A stretch of 64,000 bases of DNA from Eledone cirrhosa. Taxonomy: Eukaryota. Made by a program: the position numbers and the translations under genes. The stretch's first letter is position 1. The number at the start of each line of letters is the position of its first letter. Location: NCBI GenBank assembly GCA_964016885.1, contig OZ024746.1, positions 32,798,001-32,862,000 on the forward strand. The letters are read 5' to 3'. Below are positions 28,765-43,844 of the stretch, piece after piece. The notes beneath the pieces were generated by a model. The model was given only the letters and a program-made list of their open reading frames with translations. It was not told where the DNA came from and searched no databases.

Positions 28765-30062
28765 TAATTACCACAGTGTTTACCCCCTGTCATGAGTCTG
28801 CATTCAGTCACGCCAGGTTCATGTAAAGATATTATTTGAATTCTTCTTTCATTTAAAGCTCATTAACTTTATTTTAATTTCATAACAGCATTGCGAAACG
28901 TCTGTATTAAGTGTCAAATCATTGGAGGAGGGGCTCAACCAAAGTTACAGCAGTTTAGAAACTGCATTTAATTGTCTTCCGTATCGTTAAAATCAATGCT
29001 TTTGTAACTGTTTTTCTTCTATCTTCTTTCCTTTTTCTATTCTCGTTATTTGTGTCCGTGAGCATATACACCAGGTCCGAACACAAAGGAACCAAAGTCC
29101 TACTGAAAAAAACATATTCGTGATAACAACTCTGCCAGCAACTTTTCTTTGTTATATATAAATAACTTGTAACAAGAAGATAAAGCATTTTTGTAAAATG
29201 TCTTAAAATATGCTAACAACATTTTCATACAAATAGTTCAGCATATATAGTGATTCATCCCAACACCTGAAGCCAGTTTCCTGTTGACAGCAATGTTGAA
29301 AGATGTCAATGAGAGTCAGAATGTTGAAAGTTGAATGAGCTGGAGAACAACCTCTGTAGAATAATGTAGCCGGTTCTATATATGGAACAAAGAAAATTAC
29401 TTCATCCAAAAATGTTTCACATATTAAAAATCGTTAAGTTGAAACGTGGATCGTTAACCAAGAAAATATTTTAATTTGCTTTATAATTTGAATGTCAAAA
29501 ACAATGATATTTATTTTTGACAATGTTTGGAGTTCACTGATACATCGAGTAGAGGCAATCGAAGGATTCAGATATAAAGAGATGGTTAATTCATTGACGG
29601 AAATTTGCATATTTATCTGTGTCTCGTTATCATTTGGATGTTATAGTCAAATGATATGCAAATAGTTTGAAAAAGATTTCAAACGATCTGAAGTTCTACA
29701 AAATAGTGGATCTGAAGTCGGAAATATCTTCCAAATACAGAGGCATCACACTCAATAAGAGACACCTTAAGAATAGATTTTATGTATATTTGATATTGCT
29801 GTTAACCCATATGATATTAAGCTCAAGATGTGAGATTGCTCGAGATTTGTGATGATATCATTTATAAAATCGAGCTATAACAGAGGATTCTTTCAATCCA
29901 CATTTTTACTTTGTTCATTTTTTGGCAAGTTATTCTGGATATAGAACTGTGTGAAATAGAGAGTACGAGTATAATACAATATATCTCTAGAAGTCTTATT
30001 TATGCAAAATATACTAGAGTTGAATGTGCATAGACTCATGATTCCTGACAACCTGACATCCT

Positions 30063-30140
<78 letters not shown>

Positions 30141-30144
<4 letters not shown>

Positions 30145-30346
30145 AACGAGTAGGACCCCGACGGCTGAGCTCAAGCCGTTTCGACGGCTAATTCTGGACT
30201 AAAATTAGTCCAGAATTAGCCGTCGAAACGGCTTGAGCTCAGCCGTCGGGGTCCTACTCGTTCCTATTACCCACTCTACTACCCTAAGTATTGAGTACTT
30301 TGGTGCGTTATGGTCCACCTGATTCCTTACCACATTTCCTTCGTTA
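30141..30346 (+). mobile_element. Family A element with ~62-bp perfect fold-back
   Basis: Arms 30141-30202/30205-30266, centre CTGGACTAA-AA-TTAGTCCAG. Confidence 0.85.
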
Positions 30347-30915
30347 TATATATATATATATATCACTGAAATATATATGACCGCGAAGATGAATAAACGA
30401 AGTTAATTTTAACCTGTTGACTGACACTTCTTGTTTTTAAATTACTCCGTAGTAAACAGACCCTCCTGCACACTTTGTTGAGTGCTCTACCCTGCATCTT
30501 TTACTTACATATATACACACATCTTAGCTTCGTACGGAACGTATAATAACACACACACAGGCACACATATGCTTTCGCACGCGCACCAGTATAGCTCTTT
30601 TTACAAAACGTTTTTTTTCCATTTCAGGTAGACGCGCTCAAGCATCCACTTTTCTAAAAAATAAATCATACACAAAACGCCAGCACCAACAGTTTTGCAA
30701 GAGGTGTCAACATGAATGGACCTATTATTTTTATCTAAAGACATTTTTTTCCAATTCCAACCCACCCGTCCCCTCAATCTATCTTATTTCTTATTCTTTC
30801 TTTTGATGAAGGACTAGCGCCCGAAACATTAAGACCCTCTTCCTGCTATATCAAGCGTTAACCTAATATATCCCTTCTATATACTGTACCGATTGTATTG
30901 TTATTTCTGTTTACC

Positions 30916-31000
<85 letters not shown>

Positions 31001-31247
31001 CATACACACGTACACACTCATATATATATATATGCTTTTCGGTCTTTTAACAATGTCTTTTATACTCTATATTCAAACGCCTCCGTGGCTGATCTTGAAT
31101 ATCAATCTATTGAAGGCAATAACATAGATATCAATTATGTGCTGAAGATATAATGTAGTCAGTGATAAATTATGCCAGAAAAAGACTGTATCGTTGCGTA
31201 GTTAATGGACAACAATAGCAACAAGAGCAATAACAACAACAATAGAA

Positions 31248-31294
<47 letters not shown>

Positions 31295-31305
31295 AGAAAT
31301 AATGA

Positions 31306-32541
31306 TTTCATTTATTGGCCACAAGGGCCGACATATAGGGGACAATACAAAAGACTGGGGCAGTGGGGTTTTACAGAAAAATCGAGTAAACAATATGAAT
31401 AACAATAACAAAGTAACAAGAAAAATACAACAATAAAAATTCCCCAATAGGGAGATGACCACCCAGGGTTCGCTCAGGTACCCCACCAATCCTGAACGAC
31501 CCGACACTTCGAGAGCAACCTGGAAGGGCACCCCTCTCCTCCTCAAATTTACCAGAGTAGGCCCACTCACACGGGCCATTCTTCCTTTCAACAAATGTTG
31601 AACACGCGACAAATGTTCTACACGCGACAACAGCTGTTCGACATAACTCCACAAGTCAGTAATGTACGGACACTGGACGAGTGCGTGCAAAACGGTTTCG
31701 TCGCTCTGCGCGCATCTCGGGCAGGTCCGTCTGACAGCACTTCCGTGCCTGTAGAGTTTATCTCGAACCGGCAGTGCCCCCCGGTAGCACTGCCAAGCGA
31801 GGGATTTTTGGAAATTATCCATCGTCCCCGGCTCGAAAGTCCTCCGGAACAGACTGGTTAGTTCGACTTCGTCGACTCCCAGAGTCTCTCCGAGTGCGTC
31901 GTCGCACTTGTCCACCACTAATCCTCTATAGAACTCGAGAGTGGAAGTTCCACTGACCGCATTACCCGCCAGGTAGAGGGCAGTGAGTGCCTGGCAACAT
32001 TCCAGATGCCAGTCACCCAGCTCGGTCTCTTCTTGACACAAGACTGCAGCTCAGTCAAAGAAACGAGCTGCGGAAAGGCCCGTCTGACAAACGGCGACCA
32101 CACCTGTTCACCGTTTAGGCAGAATATCTGGAGATGCCGCAGCTTCAGCGCGTGTCTGCGCATCATTAGCCACGGCATGCCCAGCCCTCCACGTAGAGGG
32201 TGCTGGCAGCAGATGAATCGCCTCACCAGCGGAACCTGACCCCTCCACAAGAATTTGAAGAGGCGCCGCTCCAAGATGGCGATGCGCGAACGGGGGCAAG
32301 GGACGACGGTCAGACGGTAGTAGATGACGGACGCGATGTACGCGTTCGCCACCTCCGCCCGACCTTTCAGTGATAGCTTCTTCCCAGCCCATTTCTGGGT
32401 GAGACTGGCTACGCTGCCCGTCACCTCGTCCCAATTCTTATCCACCTGGAGGTCTGGCCCGAACCAAACCCCGAGCAACTTTACCGGTCCGTCCGTCCAG
32501 CGCCCAACGACGCTATTGGGCGGCATGGACTTGACTCTCCA
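31306..32541 (-). mobile_element. 5'-truncated Tx1-like LINE with 19-bp TSD
   Basis: ORFs 31918-32526 and 31202-32041 match the C-terminal part of ORF 58459-61911; ACTACTACAGAAATAATGA at 31287-31305 and 32542-32560. Confidence 0.92.
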
Positions 32542-32754
32542 ACTACTACAGAAATAATGAAATAATAAACAAGTAACTACTTAAATAAAATTAAAATTAC
32601 ATTAAATGAACCAACCAAAGAAATTACCACAGAAAATCAAACAGATTTTAAGTACAAATTAAAATAAACACAAAACAAATTAAAATATATCAGGGCAAAT
32701 TTATATTGTGTATATTTGATAAAATTTCGTAGATGTATGTTTGGAATTGTTTGA

Positions 32755-32882
32755 AATCGTTTTAACTCTGAATTAATTTAAGGTTAACTTTGCCTTTCAT
32801 CCTTACGGGGTCGATAAAATAAAGTACCAGTAATGCACTGGGTAATTGCTGGCCTTGTGCCAAAAGTAGAAACAATTATTTT
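32755..32882 (+). mobile_element. Partial tRNA/Meta-like SINE
   Basis: Core and 3' tail as in 8236-8425. Confidence 0.8.
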
Positions 32883-34554
32883 ACTTCAGTCATTGATATA
32901 TCCTCTCTGGGTGTACCTTTAAAAACCCAAATGCGAAACACGTGCCCCAAAACGGGGAGAATTGAAGCAAAATGGGGAGATTTTACATAATGAAAGCTAT
33001 ACCCATCTTCTCAATAAAAGAGATCTTTCACCCACCCCAAAGGTTATTGCAAATCTCCCAGTCGGACGGGGAGAGGTGACAGATCTGATGTATGATAAGG
33101 TCAGAATGGAAACAGCCATGCTTTTCACAAACTAAACGTACTGGTATTTCATGAGATGTCAAACGCGGAATCAAGAAGTCTGCATTTGAAAAACGCATAC
33201 ATGTCGTGTCTGCAACTGAACGAGAAGATTGGGAAGTCATTGTTGCAGCGCATGGTGTTAATACAGCAACAAATAAATGCGTATGTGGAATCCGGGCAAA
33301 CACATTTGAACAATGGATGTGTCCGTGACAAGCTGAAGATAGAACATGAACATATAAGGGGTGGGAGCCTAACCAAATACGTGCAAATAGAAACAAAACT
33401 AAAAAAAAAAATAATTGCACGCGAGCGTTTATGTGGTGTGACTGCGAACCAACAGACTGTATAGCAAGTCATATTGATGAAAGAATGATTTCATTGAAGC
33501 CGGTGGAAAACAGGGTTTTATAATATTATCTAATAATAATAAAAATATTTTTTCCTGGGATTATTATATTGTGCATCGGAAATATTTAAATTTGCTTCGT
33601 AACTACTTTAATTTGATTCGAGATTAAATTAATTTGGTTTCAGATTATTTTAATTTTCATCGAGTTTATTTAAAGTTACTTCGAAATTAGAACAAAAATA
33701 TTGTGATGCAAAATTCTAGTATCGATAAACAATTACAAAAAACAATTACAAAACAACAATAACATCACTATAAGCCACAAGTTTTTCAATTTCAAGACGA
33801 CCACGTCGACCAATAACAATAACAACTAAAACTACATGACCCTAAGATTGAAATTTTACCCGGTCAATAGCCTGGCTAAAAATAGCTGCTAGAATTACCT
33901 TCATATCACATACCATAATTATATGTATATATGTTTTATTAGGAAGGCAGTTGGGGTGGTCATGGCTAGATTGACTTTCATCATAGGTTGTACGATAAAG
34001 GATTATCAGGGGCTAAACAATTACAACAACCAAAAATAAAATGGTTATATGAGCTAAAACACAATAAAATACAACAAAAACCGATCAATAACAACAATAA
34101 TTGTAGAAACAACTGTAATGAAAATGGCAACAGTTAGTAACAAAAACAAACAAACAAATAACGAAGAGATTACTACACAAATAACAAGAACAAGAACAAC
34201 AATAACAGCAGCAGCAAAGAAATCTTGCAGTAAAAACAATAAATTAGATTGTAGTAGTAGCAACATAAACAACAACGAAAGTAACAACAATATCAAAAAC
34301 TACATCAAGACTTTGTGGCAAACACACAAATCCAGTGTATCGTTACAGCATGATCTCCTAAACACAATAGATGCGTACAAATGGCGACCTGATCACTAAA
34401 CAATGCTTTCCCGTTTATTGTAAATCTATAAAACTAAATTTAGAGTGTATTTTGGTCTGTGCCCTTCTCTCCCACAATCATCATAACCGCACAGCCACTT
34501 ATAAGCAAAGGTATACACATACACATATATATGTATATACATACATATGCACCT

Positions 34555-34622
<68 letters not shown>

Positions 34623-34856
34623 AAACACAATGCTAGCATCGTGTTTTAAACTATGGCGAGCATATCAAAACAACAATATATTATACATACACACACACAC
34701 ATATATATATATATATCATTGGCTTGCGATCATGCTGTGACAACACTTTAAAAGATTTTATTTGCTTATTTATGCCTCCAGTACATATTTCAATCTGAGT
34801 ATATTTTATCGATCACTAGTTATTGATTTTCCAAGTTAGTATTTAGTAATGAAGGT

Positions 34857-34970
<114 letters not shown>

Positions 34971-35289
34971 GCATATACTCAAACACAACACACACATATA
35001 CATATATACACGCACCTGCAAGTGTTTGTGTGTGGGTTTATGTCTATATTTAGGTATGTGTAATGTTAGTGCAGTTTCACTGTACGGCACAATAGCCTCG
35101 GGTTGATTGTAAACTTCTGAGTGGAAAGTAAATGGACACTTTGAAAACCCACTGGATAAACTGCACTCTTTTTCATTCAAACGTACGTTCGTATCATACA
35201 CGCTTCATGCCTGAGGATTCCTTTAAAGATTACGTAAACTAGCAGAAAAAACCACCCTCGGGTGGTTTTTCTGCTAGTTTTTGCTAGTT

Positions 35290-35885
35290 TTTCTTCAAGT
35301 TTCATGAACAATTTCGGAAATCGATGGTGTGGCAGTAATATCCTGAGACATTTCATGCCTAAGAAAAACGCTACAGGCATGAAAGTGCTCTCAGTCGGGT
35401 CACATCGAGGTGCAGTCAGTGAGACGAGACTCGTATGTACACATTCATCCAGTTCCCGAGCATTGCTAAAATATACAGTTATGTCGAACAGTTGCTCTCA
35501 CATTTAGGCGAAGCCCATATCAATAATTTCAAGTTTCACTTGAGAAGGAAAGTTAGTATGGGGAGGGAAGTGTTACTTCCCAGAAAATGTTTTAAAACTG
35601 GATGAGAGAAGCAAACATGGTCTGAGTGAACATACCTGCTCTGAATGTGGATTTTTAGATAGGGCGAGGCAGGGCACTTACTTTGTTGTCAGAGCGACCG
35701 TTTTTTGTTTGGATTTTGCGCATAGTCTCTCCACTTTGGAGAAATTTCTTTGTTACTGCTTTTGATTTTGTTATTTTTCCATTTTAGTCGTTTTCATGTC
35801 AACCCAGACTGCACCATCTTGTACCAACTTCAATCTTTTTGTAAGCCCTTGGTGGTTGGTAAAGGAAGGATCAATAATAGTAATC
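35290..35885 (+). pseudogene. Old degenerate Tx1-like 3' fragment
   Basis: VWQ*Y...RYRHESALSRVTSRCSQ*DET...IQFPSIAKIYSYVEQLLSHLG aligns to the Tx1 Zn-finger; tail GCCCTTGGTGGTTGGTAAAGGAAGGATCAATAATAG. Confidence 0.7.
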
Positions 35886-36857
35886 ACAAGCGAATAAAGA
35901 AAAAAAAAGATGAAAAAAGATGAAAAATGTTTATCGCGTGGAACTTGAGCTATTTACTATGCTATGGTTTCTCTGTTGGAGACGCTTGTGTTAAATAAAT
36001 GCACTACGAGGTAAATAAAAGGTTAATTTGACTAAAAATAGAAGTTTAATGTTGTGTAAACTACAATAAAACTGAATTATTTCTCACTAGGGTATAGAGA
36101 AATAATATATGTCTTGTATGTTGATTTTAATGTAAGACATAATACAACATTATAAAGAAATATATACTGGTAATTACACAGACTATATTCTATTAAAGAT
36201 GACATATTTTTGTTAAATTATTCAATAGCTTTCATTGATTTTACAGTTGATTAAAGAGCTAAGGGAGCTGTTTCTTTAAATTTTGTGACTGTCTACGCAA
36301 TCTGTTATTTATCTGCAATGTTTTTATTATTTGTTTTATTATTTATTTTCGTTTTTTTTTTTACATAGAAGAGATAAGTACTGGTGCTGATATTCCACCA
36401 CATTTCAATGAATTGGTAAATTGAATTATTGAATATATGCTACCGGGAAGGAGGTAATATTATATTATTACTGGAGCTGAATGTCAATTATATGAAATAG
36501 TTTATATGGAATGAACTTTATGCAGAAAAAGTAATTTTGTTTGACTATAGAAGTGGTTTCATTTAAGTGAGGGAAGTAGTGAAAGTGGTTAGTAGCCTTT
36601 ATATGTGTAATCAATTCAAGAAAGTGTTTCTAGTTGATATTGGTACATATGGATACATATAATTACATATCGTATGAGATTTCAGAGAACTCAAAATGAT
36701 CGGAAAATGATCGGCAATTAACAAGTCTAAGTAAAAATAGTAATATATATATATATATATATAGTAATAATAATAAATTTGAAGACTAAAATCCAAAGAG
36801 GGCTCGATAACGATAAATATATATCAAATATATAAGAACCGTAGAGCAAATATTTTA

Positions 36858-36947
<90 letters not shown>

Positions 36948-36948
36948 G

Positions 36949-36982
<34 letters not shown>

Positions 36983-38065
36983 CATGCGTGTGTGGATGTG
37001 TGTCTATATAAAGAGATAGATTGGTAGGTAGATGGAGAGGGAGAGGATGAGCGTGAAAATTGCATTAAAGGAAAAGAAATATATGATAGAGAAATACAAG
37101 AAACAGTATAGTAAACAATGGCGCCTCGTCAGTTGCCTGCAATGCGATGACGAGCAGCTTTTAAGGTTTCATCTACTTGCAGATATAGAAACAAGCACAA
37201 AATACAAATACCAAAATATATGGATATAACTTTCGACCGAATGGTACAGTATAAAGTTTGCAACAAAATACAAAATTCCAACGAAAATGAACACTATGGA
37301 ACAAAGGGGCTGCTGGAAAATATGACAATGTGGACAAAATGACAACTAAAGGTAATGAAACATATAAATCCGGATAAAAATACCTGGATTTAAATACAAA
37401 ACAAGATTGTCAAACGGATTCATTAGTGCACAGAATGGAAGAAAAAAAATGGTTCTTTCAACCAAAGTCTTGGAACTGAGAGATAAAAATGAGAGAAAAA
37501 TATAGATGTAAAATTGAGACGGAAAAGAAAATGTGAGGGCAGAATTACATTCTGGGAAAGCAGAAGGAAGACAAAACAGAAGAAAAGAAGACAGGGAAAG
37601 AGAGAAACATATAACAGATGAGAGAGAGAGAGCGAGAGAGAGAGAGATAGTTAGATAGAGAGAGAGAGAGAGAGAGAGACAGAGAAAGAGATGAAGAAAG
37701 GGAAAGGAAGAAGAAATAAAAGAAGGGCGCAGATGTTGAACATCGTAAACAATGTTTGTTTTCTATATTTTTCCATCTCACTGTTGTGTATCAAGCCCCC
37801 ACTCAATAACACTTCAACACTTTTCAAGATAGATAAATAAAAACGACACCTGCTTCCACTCCAATCCACGTTTTCTTGGGTTTTTTTTAACTATCGTCTT
37901 ACTATTTATTCTCCCTTCCAAACAACATCTCTTCTCTTTCTCTTATTTTATCTTCCAATGAAAGGCTTGTGTCCGAAATATTTAGATTCGAAACTATGTG
38001 AATCGTTAATCTAATGTACCGCCATTGTATTATATTGTCCTCCTCTATTATTTTCCTTTGGTGGC

Positions 38066-38141
<76 letters not shown>

Positions 38142-38148
<7 letters not shown>

Positions 38149-38298
38149 CAACAGTGACATAAACAGGTACTTAAGTTTTGTTGGGTTCTGGACCCCAACT
38201 CATTCAGTCTTTTATTTTTCTTATGACAGGCTGAATGAGATGGAGTCCAGAACCAATCGAAATTTAAGTACCCGTTTATATCACTGTTTTAATTATTA
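38142..38298. repeat. Diverged fold-back palindrome (~67-bp arms)
   Basis: TAATTACAACAGTGACATAAACAGGTACTTAAG...CTCATTCAG vs CTGAATGAG...TTTAAGTACCCGTTTATATCACTGTTTTAATTA. Confidence 0.8.
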
Positions 38299-38342
38299 AT
38301 ACTAAACTCGTCCTATGGATATTTCTACCAAAGGTTTACTAC

Positions 38343-38386
<44 letters not shown>

Positions 38387-38390
<4 letters not shown>

Positions 38391-38551
38391 AAAAAGTATG
38401 ACCCCGACGGCAGAGCACAAGCCGTTTCGACGGCTATTTCTCTCCAGAAATAGCCGTCTATACTTTTTCCTATTTCCCACTCTACTACCCTAAGTATTGA
38501 GTACTCTGGTGCGTTATGGTCCATCTGGTTCTTTACCACAATTCCTTCATT
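38387..38551 (+). mobile_element. Family A element, fold-back with deletion in the right arm
   Basis: GACGGCTATTTCT-CTCC-AGAAATAGCCGTC followed by the family 3' end. Confidence 0.8.
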
Positions 38552-38580
38552 ATATATATATATATACATATATATATAAA

Positions 38581-39640
38581 AGTTGATGAATACTTCAACA
38601 GGCACTATGTACTTGTAGAAATATGCAAGGTGTTTATAATATTTGTGGTTCAACGGTACTAATTTGAGATGCCAGAACAATATAAAAATAGCAGAGCAAG
38701 CGGTTATCAAACAATTCTCTAAATAAATTAAAAAACGATTTAAATAATCACCTGTTCAATTGCTGTTACCGACGGTTTCATCATTCCAAAAGATGGGAAA
38801 TCCAGAGAATTTCCAATAGAAAGAAATGAATCTTCAGACAGCTTATTTCAACACTATAAGGTTGCCAGCCCTACAGTAAGTAAATATTTCGCTTCCTGCC
38901 CAACGCATGCGGTCAAGCCGTTAAAATGACACACCCGCAAAATCAGGTCGCAGATAATAGCTGTTTATTATAAACATGTTGATATTGCTGGCAACCTTAT
39001 AGTGTTGAAATAAGCTATCTGAAGATTCATTTCTTTCCATTGGAAATTCTCTGGATTTCCAATCTTTTGGAATGATGAAACCGTCGGTAACAGCAATTGA
39101 ACAGGTGATTATTTAAATCGTTTTTTAATTTATTTAGAGAATTGTTTGATAACCGCTTGCTCCGCTATTTTTATATTGTTCTGGTATCTCAAATTAGTAC
39201 CATTGAACCACAAATATTATAAACACCTTGCATATTTCTACAAGTACATAGTGCCTGTTGAAGTATTCATCCACTTTTATAATTTTTCTCCTTATGTAGA
39301 GAACAAAACGTTGAATAATGCTGCTAATTTTAGTGGCAATATCAACATGTTTATAATAAACAGCTATTATCTGCGACCTGATTTTGCGTGTGTGTCATTT
39401 TAACGGCTTGACCGCATGCGTTGGGCAGGAGCGAAATATTTACTTACTGTAGGGCTGGCAACCTTATAGTGCGGAAATAAGCTGTCTGAAGATTCATTTC
39501 TTTCCATTGGAAATTCTCTGGATTTCCCATCTTTTGGAATGATGAAACCGTCGGTAACAGCAATTGAACAGGTGATTATTTAAATCGTTTTTTAATTTAT
39601 TTAGAGAATTGTTTGATAACCGCTTACTCCGCTATTTTTA
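38581..39640. mobile_element. Inverted plus tandem array of a 467-bp HHR-bearing unit (pseudo-LTR/retrozyme-like)
   Basis: 38585-38986 inverted; direct repeats start at 38987 and 39454; CTGAAGA-TTCATT...AATGAT-GAAAC-C-GTC at 39019-39085 and 39486-39552. Confidence 0.8.
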
Positions 39641-39705
39641 TATATATATATATGTATATCATCATCATCATCATCGTTTAACGCCGATCTTCCACGCTAG
39701 CATGG

Positions 39706-39764
<59 letters not shown>

Positions 39765-39766
<2 letters not shown>

Positions 39767-40880
39767 GTGGAAAAGTAAGAAATCGGAGAATAGACCGTTA
39801 AAACATGTTTATTTAAAACAGCACCTACGTACGTTCCGCCCAGTTGGGCTTCTAAAGGGCATAAATAACCAAAAGTGTTCCTTACATTGCTCGGAAAGAG
39901 TTTTTTGGGGTTAGGTTCACGTGAAGATTCATTGCTCGCAAAAATAGCGTGTTTTGATTTTTCAGCAGGTCAAGGGAGGTAACTCTGGCCGGTGTTAGGG
40001 CAGTCTTTCCCGGACAAATTTTTATCCGTTACAAGATGTGGTTACAACCTTACCATTGTCGATACGCACAGGGTCATGTAATCAACGCTTATTTTGAGAC
40101 GTTTTTTCCCGCACCTGTTTGCCTGGGTCGTTTGAGGCTGGGTCTGGTATGCATGGTTAGTTTCCTGGATGTTATTTAGCAGCGTCTGCCCGTGGAGGTG
40201 TTAAAACTTGTTGCAGGGAGATCCGGTACACGGTTTCACTCCGCATCCTTAACCCATCTGAAGAAGGATATTTTTAAGCGATGTGTTAAACTTATCGCTG
40301 TTTCAGCTCTGCTGTTGATGAGCTCATGGGGTGCAGTTATCATAACTGCACCCCAGGAAACTACATGAAACTAACCATGCATACCAGACCCAGCCTCAAA
40401 CGACCCAGGCAAACAGGTGCGGCAAAGAAACGTCTCAAAATAAGCGTTGATTACATGACCCTGTGCGTATCGACAATGGTAAGGTTGTAACCACATCTTG
40501 TAACGGATAAAAATTTGTCCGGGAAAGACTGCCCTAACACCGGCCAGAGTTACCTCCCTTGACCTGCTGCAAAATCAAAACACGCTATTTTTGCGAGCAA
40601 TGAATCTTGACGTGAACCTAACCCCCAAAAAACTCTTTCCGAGCAATGTAAGGAACACTTTTGGTTATTTATGCCCTTTAGAAGCCCAACTGGGCGGAAC
40701 GTACGTAGGTGCTGTTTTAAATAAACATGTTTTAACGGTCTATTCTCCGATTTCTTACTTTCCCACGTGCTTACGCTCTCCTAAATCTCTAGCCCACTAA
40801 ATATTAACACTTCGAATATTTAATACTGCCGGCACTAGTATCGAGCACCTTTGGCATACGCTACTTGGCAAATAACTATA
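39765..40880. mobile_element. PLE 3' end present as ~400-bp inverted repeat
   Basis: Arms 39765-40165/40367-40768; spacer encodes HELINSRAETAISLTHRLKISF (40328-40236,-), aligning to ILNKKSEAISACKHKLHKTF of the 18.5-kb PLE; decayed HHR CTTTAGAA-GCCC-AACT-GGGC-GGAACGTACGT. Confidence 0.8.
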
Positions 40881-40926
40881 TGTATCACCTATCCCTCCTT
40901 TTTTTCTCTCTCTCGATACGTAAATA

Positions 40927-41419
<493 letters not shown>

Positions 41420-41456
41420 CATTAGTATTGGTGCTCTGAAATAGCGATGTATATAC

Positions 41457-41720
41457 GAATGTATATATAGTATATTTGATAATAATCTGTATGTTTAATT
41501 AAAACCCTTTTGAAGAACATTCGCTATGAATTTTAAAGTAGTGACTATGTCACTTACTTATTTTCGGCAAAAACAAAGAGGTTGGGGAGTAATTCCTTTG
41601 TTTTTGTCTAGAACAAGTAAGTGACATATTCACTACTTTAAAATTCATAGCCAATGGTTTTCAAAATGTTTTAAGTTAAACATACACCATATTATCAAAT
41701 ATACTATACATACATTCACA
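41457..41720. mobile_element. MITE-like palindromic element (family of 5608-5897)
   Basis: ~120-bp imperfect inverted arms. Confidence 0.7.
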
Positions 41721-41742
41721 TATATATACATATATATATAGA

Positions 41743-42242
<500 letters not shown>

Positions 42243-42446
42243 CAGTGTGGGTCAAAAGTCACTTCCTATTAAAAAGAAATTCATAATTTTTTTATTACAA
42301 AAATATGGTATATTTTTTTTAGATTAAAGTTGAATAAAAACAAGATGTAATTATGGAAAAATACACCCTCCAAGAATAATTAGCTTTGTGTTAATTTGTA
42401 GTTTTATTATTAATAATAGGTAAGAAGTGAATTTTGGCCCACCCTA
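42243..42446. mobile_element. Tc1/mariner-type MITE
   Basis: TA-CAGTGTGGGTCAAAAGTCACTT ... AAGTGAATTTTGGCCCACCCTA-TA. Confidence 0.7.
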
Positions 42447-43844
42447 TATAAAATGGTTGACTTACGAAATATCGAGAACATTTGAAATTTTAAATGTTTG
42501 CATATAACCATAATAATAGTCGACTACTCGGAATGTTGACGATATTGAGTAAAGTACCTCTGGAGAGGGAAAAATTGGACAGAGGTGCTTCTGTGTTTAA
42601 TGAAAACCAAGCATCGCTAAGAGGCCGAGTGAGTGCGTTAACCATTATGCCAAAGAGCCAGTAGTCACTAATTACGTCTTTTTAGATGAGTTTTCCGGCT
42701 TTAGCTATTGGTGACTTAAGGAAAGCGGTTGGTGTAAAAAGCATGGGGAAAATTTGAAATATAATAATTGAGAAAATCGCGCATAAGTACCACTGGTGAC
42801 GGAAAAGAAATGGACAAACAGGCATGTGAAAAATAAACCACACACCTCTCGAGTTCGTTACCAATTCCATTTTTTCAGAGAATTTTAGAAGTGTAGCTAT
42901 AAGAACATTGAGAAAATTTAAAATTTGAAATGCGTGCGTCTCAACGCAAATAACCATAATAATGATTATGCAAGAAATTGAACTCGACATCTCTCGGATG
43001 CCAAGCGAGTGGATTAACCATTATGCTAAAGAAGCACAGGTCACAATTATTTGATTAGAAGAAGGGGAGGTAGCTCTTAAAGTATAATACACGAGTAGAA
43101 ATTCTGCGCACATCTTCCTCTCTGGTGCATGACAGCAGAAATCTTCCGAATATTTTCCCTTTAATGCTGACACTTTTCTTTAAAGCATTTAGAAGTTAAC
43201 GGTAATTTTTGCTTTAAATCTATAAGCACGTCATAGAAAGCGAGCTAGTCTGGCTCAGTGATGCAATATGTTGGTGCTGTTCCAGTAATTGCTTTGGCAT
43301 AGAAGCAAACTGGCATAGCCATCACGTACCTTGCGCATCTGCTGCTGTTGTTATTGAAGGTGGTTGCATTGTTACTGGTAGGTTTGCTCCTGAGTGCGCT
43401 ATTGTTTCTGGCGCTGCTGCTCCTCACCCCCTTTTGTTTCCACCATTCATTTTATAACTTTTTCATCTTTCTCCATAGTTTCGCCGCTGTCTTTATCGTT
43501 TTTGTTGTTGTTATTGTTGCCGCTCGTTGTGGTTGAGTGGTAATGGTGTTAGTGGTCTTGTTGTTGGTGGTGATTGTGATTTCTCGTACATTGATAGTCT
43601 GTTTACTCATGATTAAGTTGTTATGATTGTTGTTACAGCCTGTTGAGATGGTGGTGACGGCTTCGGGGTGAAAATTCACGTTTTTTAACGGAAGAGACGA
43701 TGACGTCATCTTTTAATATTAATTTTTCACCAATAAAAGTAAAACAAGAAACTCTTTTGTACTTCTGCCTCGATGCGTGAGAAACAGAATAAGCCAACAA
43801 GTCTCTTTGGTTTCAATTTCCTTAACAAATCACGAGAACTAAAT

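Noticed and set aside
29500-29960. Possible hAT (Charlie/Buster-like) transposase remnant (FEKRFQ-, LLEICDD-, FWQ-like words)
   Set aside because: Only short words across different frames; too degraded to call.
33099-33464. 102-aa non-repetitive ORF as a host exon
   Set aside because: No recognisable motif, no convincing splice context, and it abuts a MITE; cannot be supported without a homology search.
42975-43035. tRNA-like sequence on the minus strand (also ~42620-42660 and ~8950-8990)
   Set aside because: A/B-box-like motifs are present, but the acceptor and anticodon stems are broken; more likely decayed SINE heads than tRNA genes.
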